In this document: positions 9,380 to 16,571 of the stretch, one piece after another
Layout of the letters: every line of letters starts with the position of its first letter
Position numbering within the stretch: the first letter of the stretch is position 1
Source: an uncultured Acidobacteriota bacterium
GTDB lineage: Bacteria; Acidobacteriota; UBA6911
NCBI GenBank assembly: GCA_964534795.1
Contig: CAZHQK010000112.1
Coordinates: forward strand, 2,277-66,276
Reading direction: 5' to 3'
Length of the DNA stretch: 64,000 nt
Made by a program: the position numbers and the translations under genes
The notes under the pieces: model-generated
Told to the model about the DNA's origin: nothing
The model's input: the letters and a program-made list of their open reading frames with translations, nothing else
The model's database searches: none

Positions 9380-11665
9380 ATGACGGGACAAGGGCAGGCC
9401 GGTTGTTCAAGGCGGTTCCTGAAGGCAGCTCCACGGGGGATTATTCTCGCCGCGGCGCTCTACCTCATATTCTCGCTCGCCTATCTGCGGCTGCCGGGCC
9501 TGCAATACGACGAAGTGCTTTTCGCCAATGCGGCCCTGGGCGATGTCGACGGTACCTTCATCGCATGGGAGGTCCGCATCCTGGATCGCAAGATCCCCAT
9601 CATGCTCATGCCCTACATCGGCGCGCTCAAGGCTTGGCTGTACGCGCCGGTATTCCGCATCTTCGGCACGGGCCCGGTCTCGGTGCGCTTGCCCGTCGTC
9701 ATGATCGGGCTCGTCACCACAGTCTTTTCCTACTTGCTGGCGCGCAGAATGCTGGGAGAGCGCCCGGCTATCGTAGCTGCGCTCCTGCTGGCATCGGATC
9801 CGACATTCATCTTCGCCAACAGGCTCGACTGGGGGCCGGTGTCGCTGGGCATGGTCCTGAAGGTCGCCTCCCTCTACTTCCTCTGGCGCTGGCTGGCGGA
9901 AAACAGGGCGGGCTTCCTTGCGCTCGCGGCTTTCCTCATGGGTCTCGGGCTGTACGACAAGCTCGCTTTCGCCTGGTTCATCGCGGCGGTCGCACTCTCT
10001 CTTCCCATTTGCTTCCCGCAGGCAGTCCGCCGGCTCCTCCGGCCGGCGGCTCTGGCAGCGGGTTTGGCGGCCTTCGCGGCGGGCGCATCCCCGCTCATCG
10101 CATACAACGTGGCGGTACCCTGGGGTTCCTTTCAAGACAGGGATATGCTGACCTTCGACTGGCGTGAGTCCCTGCCTTACCGCAAGATCCTCTTTCAATC
10201 CACATTCGACGGCGGGGCAATCTACTACTTTGTCAACAGCGTGGAGATTGCCGACGACGCCCTGCCCGCGAGTCCTCAGCCTGAGGACGCTTTCGAGGCG
10301 GCCGTCCAGCACCTGGCCCGGCTTCTCCCGCTCAACGGAAGCTGCACCACGGCGGCCCTGGTCCTGGCGCTGCTGACCCTCGCGGCAACAGGGTTCGCCG
10401 GCCGGATCGAGCGCGCCCGCGAGATTCTTTTCACGATCGGCCTGGTCGTCATCATTGCAGCGGCGATCTGCGTGACCGAGCGTGCGACCGGCGCGCACCA
10501 CGCCGTCATGGTTTACCCCTTCCCGCATCTCTTGATAGGAGCCGCCGTCGCCGCAGCGGCGCGGCAGGCCGAGGCCGGGTGGGCCATGAAGATCCCGCAC
10601 GCAGGCGGGGCTCTTCTCCTCGCCTGCGCTCTGCCGCTTGTTTCGGCCCGGATCGCAGTCGATGCGCGCTATCTGGACTCCTTCCGGGTCCGCGGGGGTG
10701 CCGGCGCATGGTCGGATGCAATATACCGGCTGGCCGATTACTGTCGGCAGAACCGCGACAAGACCTACCTCCTGATGGATTGGGGCTTCAGCACGCAACT
10801 GCTGGTTCTTTCCGGGAACCGGATAAAGAAGCAGGAAGTTTTCTTTCAGTGGGACGATTTGCCCGATGAAGAAAGACTGATCCGCATGCTGCCCCTGCTG
10901 TCCGGTCCGGAAGTTCTTCTTGTATCCCACGTCCCGCCCTTCGAAACCTATCCGAGCTATGAGTTTGTCAAGCGCGCCCTGGTGCGCCACGGCCTGGAAA
11001 CACGCCCGGTGAAGACCTTCTACCAGAGGGACGGGCGCCCGATATACGTGGTGCTCGAAGTCGTGCGCGGGGAGATCGAGGATCACGCGGAAATAGGGAG
11101 TTTCTCCTACATGCGCGAGGCGGAGGAATGGGACGATAAATCCGGGGGCGCGCTCGATCTCAAGCCTGCAGCTTCGCGTGCCCGGGCGCTCGGGTCGTTC
11201 TGGGGCCGGAGCGCCGCGGACTTCGCGCTCTATCGCTTCGAGGCGCCGCGGACCCTGAAAAACCTGCACCTTTACCTGCGTTACGCCTTCGAAGGCGAGC
11301 GTGCCCAGCGCTACTATCTGACGCTGGACGGGGAACTTGTCGACATCCTGACTTTGCCGCCCACCGGGGGTTACGGCTACAGCGCGGGCGAGTGGCGGAT
11401 TGCGCACAGCCGTCTCGGCGTTCTCCTTCCCGGCATGCACGAGCTGAGAATCGCTCCCGCGGGCGATTCCCAGATCGTCAACCTGGATTGCTTCTGCCTG
11501 TGCGAGGGCGAGCTTGCTCCGGACTTCCCGCCCCAGAATCCCGCCGCGGGACCGAGAGGTCTGGCCGGCGGGTCCGGCGCTCTTTTTCTCGAGGCTGTCG
11601 GCACTGAACCGCGCAGCGGATGCCCGCGCCCACGCCTGCTTGACTCTCAAACCCCGCTTCACTAG
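9380..11665 (+). CDS. ArnT/PMT-like (GT39/GT83) membrane glycosyltransferase with C-terminal CBM6/35-like domain
   Basis: The N-terminal ~500 aa are multi-TM, with the first-loop motif LQYDEVLFANAA. The C-terminal soluble ~200 aa (NLHLYLRYAFEGERAQRYYLTLDGELVDILTLPPTGGYGYSAGEWR...GMHELRIAPAGDSQIVNLDCFCL) look like a sugar-binding beta-sandwich. Confidence 0.65.
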   Translation: MTGQGQAGCSRRFLKAAPRGIILAAALYLIFSLAYLRLPGLQYDEVLFANAALGDVDGTFIAWEVRILDRKIPIMLMPYIGALKAWLYAPVFRIFGTGPVSVRLPVVMIGLVTTVFSYLLARRMLGERPAIVAALLLASDPTFIFANRLDWGPVSLGMVLKVASLYFLWRWLAENRAGFLALAAFLMGLGLYDKLAFAWFIAAVALSLPICFPQAVRRLLRPAALAAGLAAFAAGASPLIAYNVAVPWGSFQDRDMLTFDWRESLPYRKILFQSTFDGGAIYYFVNSVEIADDALPASPQPEDAFEAAVQHLARLLPLNGSCTTAALVLALLTLAATGFAGRIERAREILFTIGLVVIIAAAICVTERATGAHHAVMVYPFPHLLIGAAVAAAARQAEAGWAMKIPHAGGALLLACALPLVSARIAVDARYLDSFRVRGGAGAWSDAIYRLADYCRQNRDKTYLLMDWGFSTQLLVLSGNRIKKQEVFFQWDDLPDEERLIRMLPLLSGPEVLLVSHVPPFETYPSYEFVKRALVRHGLETRPVKTFYQRDGRPIYVVLEVVRGEIEDHAEIGSFSYMREAEEWDDKSGGALDLKPAASRARALGSFWGRSAADFALYRFEAPRTLKNLHLYLRYAFEGERAQRYYLTLDGELVDILTLPPTGGYGYSAGEWRIAHSRLGVLLPGMHELRIAPAGDSQIVNLDCFCLCEGELAPDFPPQNPAAGPRGLAGGSGALFLEAVGTEPRSGCPRPRLLDSQTPLH

Positions 11666-11724
11666 AATCGCCCGAGATTTGAGTCTTATCCCTGGCATCT
11701 GCGGCCAACATGGAGGCAAGGATT

Positions 11725-14700
11725 ATGCGCAAGCCGTCGAACCATCTTCCGCTCGGTATATGTACGCTGGTGATCAGCCTTGTCGCGCTGCTCGCAACAG
11801 AACCCGCGCAGGCGCAGGCGCCGGTGGGGACGGTTTCCGGCGTGGTCCGGGACATTACCGGCGGTGTGATCGTGGGGCCACCATCACGCTCACCTCGCTT
11901 TCCACGGGAGCCACGCGCACCACCGCCACCAACGAAAGCGGTTTCTACAACCTGCCGACGCTCCTCCCGGGCGAATACCGCATGACCATCGAATACCCGG
12001 GCTTCGCGACCTACGGTGTGGAGCGCGTGGTCGTCGAGGTCGGCCAGATCCGGCGCATCGACGCCGTCTTGAGCGTCAAGGAAAGCAAGGAAATAGTTCA
12101 GGTGGACGCCGAGCAGGTGGCTCGTATCGAGACTTTCCAGAGCACTATCGGCGGAGTCGTCAACGTACGCCAGATCGATCAGTTGCCCCTCAACGGCCGC
12201 AACTACCTCGAGCTCGCGCGGCTCCAGCCCGGTGTCGAGATCCAGGAAGGCAGGGCATTCGATATCACCAAGAGCCGTTACACGGGGATTTCGGTGGCCG
12301 GCAGGCAGGGGCGCGAGGCGCGTATCACCATCGACGGCATCGACGCCGTAGATGAGCACGTGGGCACCACGACCATCAACATTTCCCAGGACAGCATTCA
12401 GGAGTTCGCCGTCGCCACTTCGTCGGCCGACAAGTCCACGGGCGTGAGTGCAACGGGCGCCGTCAACATAATCACGCGGCGCGGAAGCAACGAACTGCAC
12501 GGCACCGGTTTTCTCTACGGACGCAGCTCATCCTGGGCGGCGCGCCCGAGCGTGGCTCCGACCAAACCCGAGTTCGACCGGCAGCAATACGGCGGGAACC
12601 TGGGCGGCCCGCTGGTCAAGGACCGACTTTTCCTCTTCGGCAACTTCGAGAAGACCAACGAAGACTCCGCCATCTCCATCGACACCCCCTACTTTCCGAG
12701 TCTGACCTCGTATCCCGCACCGTTCGACGAACGCTCGAGCACCGCGCGCCTGGACTGGCGGTTGCCCCGAGGAAACGATTTCTTCAGCCGGTGGAGCCGC
12801 AACGACAACGCCAACCTCGGCGGCTTCGGCGGCAACGCCATGCCTTCCAACGCCAACGTCAACAAGAACCAGACCCAGCAATTCGTCTGGGGACTCGACA
12901 GCGCATTCAGCGCCCGCATCACCAACGGTTTCCGCGCCGCCTTCACCGATTTCAAGAACCGGGTGGTCCGACCGCCGCTGGAAGCCCAGAAACTGACGAT
13001 CCCGGGACTCGAGGAAATTCGTATCGTGACCGACGACGGGCTTCTCGTCACCGGCCCGAACAACATCACGCCGCAGTCCACTTTCGAGCAGTTCAGTCAA
13101 TTTCGCGACGACCTCACCTTTTCCATCGGCGATCACACATTCCGCATGGGTGTGGACATCGTCTATCGCAAGGTCCAGGTGACCAACTATGTCAACGGCT
13201 TCCCCCAATTCAACGCGAACGCGCCCGCTTCCCGCAACCCGGCCGATATCGAGAACAGTACCTTCGTGAGCTTCGTCATCGGCAACCGCAACGGAAAGAG
13301 AATCCCGGGCACGCCCGACAATTCCCATCGCAATACGCGCTTCGGCATCTACCTGGACGATCTCTGGCGCTTGCGTCGAAACCTCACGCTGAGCGCGGGC
13401 CTGCGCTACGAAGTCGACACGCACCCCTTGAACAACGACCTGCCCAAACCCAGCCTGGCCAAGCCGGTCATGCCCCGTGGGACTGAACCGACGCCGATCG
13501 ACAAGAACAATGTCGCCCCGCACCTGGGGATCGCATGGGATCCGTTCTCCAACGGCAAGACTTCCATCCGCGCCGGCTTCGGCATCTACTATGCCATGCG
13601 CGTCAGCAACCTGGTCACCAACGAGCGCGCCACCATCGCGCCCTTCAATTCAGGGAATGACACCATCTCGCTCACCAGGGGAACCTCCGGCATCGTGGAT
13701 TTCAACAAGGACGGAGTGGCCGACTACGATTTCACTCCCGCGCTCCTGCCGGGCGTGACCATAAAGCAAGCTATCCCCATCGTGACCGCCGGCCAGAAAG
13801 TCTACATCGCGGCTCCTCCGGGAACGGAGCCCACGCTCAACGTCACGCGCACCGGTGTGCTGCTGAGCAACGACCTGGTGACGCCGTACTCACAGCAGGC
13901 GAACGCGGGCTTCCAGCGCGAGTTTCCGCTGGGCGTGGTGGCCGACGTCAATTTTGTATGGAGCCGCACGGTGCACGAATTCATGCGCGACATCGATATC
14001 GCCAACCTTTTCCCCGGCAACGGGACACCCATCATTCTGGGAGACGGCTTGCCGCCCACCCGGCAGATCCAAGCCACCAAATCGGACGGCTTCTCGACTT
14101 ACCGAGCATTGACGGCCCGCATAGACAAGCGGCTCGCCAACCGGTACCAGTTGACGGCCTCCTATGCCCTCTCCCGCATCAAGACCACGCTGCCTGACGG
14201 TCTGGGCTTGGGAGGCGGTACGCTGGTCAACCGGAACCTCAAGGCCAACTACGGCCCCGGCGCCCTGGACCGCACGCACAGGTTGACGCTCAACGGTATT
14301 GTCGAACTGCCGCTGGGCTTCCGTGCCTCCATGATCATGGTCTTCAACTCGGGCTTGCCGCAAACCCTCAGCGTCGGCTCGGCCGACCTCAACGGCGACG
14401 GCATCAACGGCGACCCGCTCCCCGGCACAGGACGGGGTTCCTTGGGCAGGACGGTGAAAACTCCTGCCGCGTTGAACGCGCTGATCCGGAACTACAATCT
14501 CTCGAATGCCGGCAAAACCCTGCCGCGCGGCGGCCGCGCCCCGTTCCTGCTCGAAGTTCCGGATTTTGTGACCTTCGGCGATTCTTTCATGTCCCAGGAC
14601 CTGCAAATAACCAAGGTCTTCAAGTTCAAGGAGAACTTCAACCTCGAGCTGACGGCACAGGTGTTCAATCTTTTCAACGTCTCGAACCTGGTAGGCTCGG

Positions 14701-14942
14701 GCGGCCTGCCCTCTAGCCCCTTCAACGGAACTCTCACGGTGGTCAGCTCCGACTCCGCTGGAAAGCCGTCGGGATTCACCCTGGGGGGAGATGGCAGGCT
14801 GCTCACTTCGGCAGGAGCCCGCGCGCTAGCCGGAATCGATCGCGCCAGCGGCTTCGCAAGCATGGGTGCCATCCGGCCATCCATTCCGACCGGAACGGGT
14901 TTACCGCGCGCGCTGCAGCTCGGCGTACGTTTCACCTTCTGA
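11725..14942 (+). pseudogene. TonB-dependent receptor-like outer-membrane protein (CarboxypepD_reg domain plus plug plus barrel) interrupted by a 1-nt frameshift at 11874-11877
   Basis: ATG 11725 lies 8 nt after GGAGG. Signal peptide MRKPSNHLPLGICTLVISLVALLATEPAQAQA, then GTVSGVVRDITGGVIVG in ORF 11710..11985. The domain continues as ATITLTSLSTGATRTTATNESGFYNLPTLLPGEYRMTIEYPGF in the frame of ORF 11514..14942. Total length is 3218 nt, i.e. 2 mod 3. The C-terminus ends in F (LQLGVRFTF), as is typical of beta-barrels. Confidence 0.7.
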
Positions 14943-14969
14943 AGCAGCCGGCCACTCGATTCCACGAGT

Positions 14970-15001
14970 CACCGGGATGGGCATGACAGCCCACCCCGGT
15001 G
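14970..15001. terminator. hairpin between convergent genes (candidate bidirectional terminator)
   Basis: CACCGGG-A-TGGGC ATGACA GCCCA-C-CCCGGTG: 7 + 5 bp with a 1x1 mismatch. No strong U-tract on either strand. Confidence 0.3.
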
Positions 15002-15123
15002 TGGTTCATGCGTACACATAATCCAATGGATCGCGAAGGAGGCAAAACTCGCAGGCAAAGGAAGGCCCTTGGGGCCATCCTGATCCACACTGGAGCCGCG
15101 TTGATTTCCAGCCTCGTGCGCAG

Positions 15124-15999
15124 CTACTTGATGGTGACCGTGAGGTCCTGCTTCAGGGTGAAGGTGAGCTTCTGCTCCGGTTCGAAGGCCACTTCCTTGC
15201 CCTTGGTGGCAAGAACCACCGCAGTTCCGGCACCACCGCCGGTGGCCGCGCCGATCGCAGCCCCCTTGCCTCCCCCGGCGATGGCGCCGATGGCGGCACC
15301 GATGCCCGCCCCGACACCGATCTTGGTGGCATCCTGCTTCACGGTGCTTTCGGCCTGGAAGGAAAGGGTATCGGTGTCGATCGGATGGGACTCCCCGCCG
15401 ATGCGGATCTCGGTCAGTGTGAGGGACATCCTGGCAAGGCCCTCGACGCGTCCCGATCCCTCGACGCTGACGAGCTTGCCCACCAGCACGCTGCCGCGCG
15501 GCGCGACGGTCACGCCTTCCACAGCGAGATCCTGATCGAGCACCGCCTCGAACTTATCACCCGCGTTGTTCTTGCCCGAGTTGAGGGCCTGCGCGAGCCG
15601 CACCGGCAACTTGGTTCCGGAAGCCACCACTATCGGCTTGGGCTTTGCCGGCGCCGCCGGCGCCAGCGCAGCGGGCGCGGCCGGCTGATCAGGGAGTGCC
15701 GCCGTGGCGCCCGACGGGCGAGTGGACGGCTGCGCGGCCGCAGGAGCGGCCGCCTTGGGTGCACCGGCAGGCCGGCTCGCAGCCGCGGGCTGCTGGGCCT
15801 GCGGAGCGGGCGGCTCTACCTGCGCAGCAGGTGCCGGCGCCGGTTCCGCAGGCTGCACGGCGGGTTCGGCCGGCTGCTGTGCGGTCGCCTGATCGGGAGA
15901 GGTGCCCTGCGGCTGCGCAGCCGGCTCACCGGCCGGCTTGCCGCATCCGGCGAGCGCGACGAGAGAAAGAACGACAACCAGCGTGCTTAGGTGACGCAT
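15124..15999 (-). CDS. lipoprotein with Pro/Ala-rich linker and C-terminal glycine zipper (paralog of 616..1449)
   Basis: ATG 15999 with [11 protein letters not shown]. Lipobox MRHLSTLVVVLSLVALAGC. About 110 aa of P/A/Q-rich linker. Conserved core ...PRGSVLVGKLVSV... and [31 protein letters not shown]. Confidence 0.65.
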   Translation of the reverse strand: MRHLSTLVVVLSLVALAGCGKPAGEPAAQPQGTSPDQATAQQPAEPAVQPAEPAPAPAAQVEPPAPQAQQPAAASRPAGAPKAAAPAAAQPSTRPSGATAALPDQPAAPAALAPAAPAKPKPIVVASGTKLPVRLAQALNSGKNNAGDKFEAVLDQDLAVEGVTVAPRGSVLVGKLVSVEGSGRVEGLARMSLTLTEIRIGGESHPIDTDTLSFQAESTVKQDATKIGVGAGIGAAIGAIAGGGKGAAIGAATGGGAGTAVVLATKGKEVAFEPEQKLTFTLKQDLTVTIK

Positions 16000-16130
16000 G
16001 GCGTTCGACCTCCTTCTATGGGAAACGGAGCATTGACGCTCAATCATACCATTTAGATCGCCTCAGGCTAAATAGCGCCTGTCACCGGCATTGCGATTCA
16101 GACTCAGGAGAGCCTGAGTGCAGGCACAAA

Positions 16131-16232
16131 GGTCTGTCGGCCCTCCGGGGCTCTGTTGATCGATACGCTCCTTTCCGGGGGTTCGCCTGCGGCTCACCCC
16201 CGGCTGCCGGCTCGGGGCCCCTGCCGGGGCCG
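16131..16232 (-). repeat. structured repeat unit, copy A (sense assigned by predicted fold)
   Basis: 95/102 identical to copy B, exactly 220 bp away, with no indels. Contains three hairpins (see findings). Confidence 0.8.
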
Positions 16233-16235
16233 TAT

Positions 16236-16334
16236 CCGTCCCGGAGGGACGGAAGCTGGTAGCTCCAGGTGAGCGGAGAGCGAACCTGGAGAAAAGCGAC
16301 GGCATGCGACAAGCCCCGAAGGGCCGGCAGAGGG
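16236..16334 (+). repeat. structured repeat unit, copy C (inverted relative to A and B, diverged)
   Basis: Aligns to the reverse complement of A/B at roughly 65-70 percent. The segments GCTGGTAGC, GTGAGC and GCGAAC are conserved, and both arms of two stems are changed in a compensatory way. Confidence 0.65.
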
Positions 16335-16350
16335 ATAAATCAGAAACGTC

Positions 16351-16452
16351 GGTCTGTCGGCCCTCCGGGGCTCGACTGATCGATACGCTCCTTTCCGGGG
16401 GTTCGCCTTCGGCTCACCCCCGGCTACCAGCTCAGGGCCCCTGCCGGGGCCG
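16351..16452 (-). repeat. structured repeat unit, copy B
   Basis: Direct repeat of copy A (7 substitutions). Confidence 0.8.
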
Positions 16453-16571
16453 GATGGTAGGTCGGCCGCGCCGCTGCGGACCGCGCGACGCGCGGGACCT
16501 GCAGGCGCCCGGAACGTACCCGCCGGACCGCAACACAGCCCGAGTCCTCGACGCGACATGCCTCTGCCGTT

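Noticed and set aside
9407-11719. 770-aa minus-strand ORF antisense to the ArnT-like glycosyltransferase
   Set aside because: It is a shadow ORF typical of ~70 percent GC DNA. Its composition is dominated by R/G/P/A/E with no recognisable motifs, whereas the plus-strand frame encodes a coherent multi-TM protein.
11868-11885. Programmed -1 ribosomal frameshifting in the TonB receptor gene
   Set aside because: The site (GUG GGG CCA) is not an X XXY YYZ slippery heptamer, and no obvious downstream pseudoknot was seen. A one-base homopolymer error or mutation is the simpler explanation.
16131-16452. CRISPR array or integron attC sites as explanations for the repeats
   Set aside because: There are only three units, one of them inverted and diverged. 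The units are ~100 nt with 3-16-nt gaps, so there is no spacer or cassette organisation. No cas or intI genes lie nearby, and there are no GTTRRRY-type core sites.
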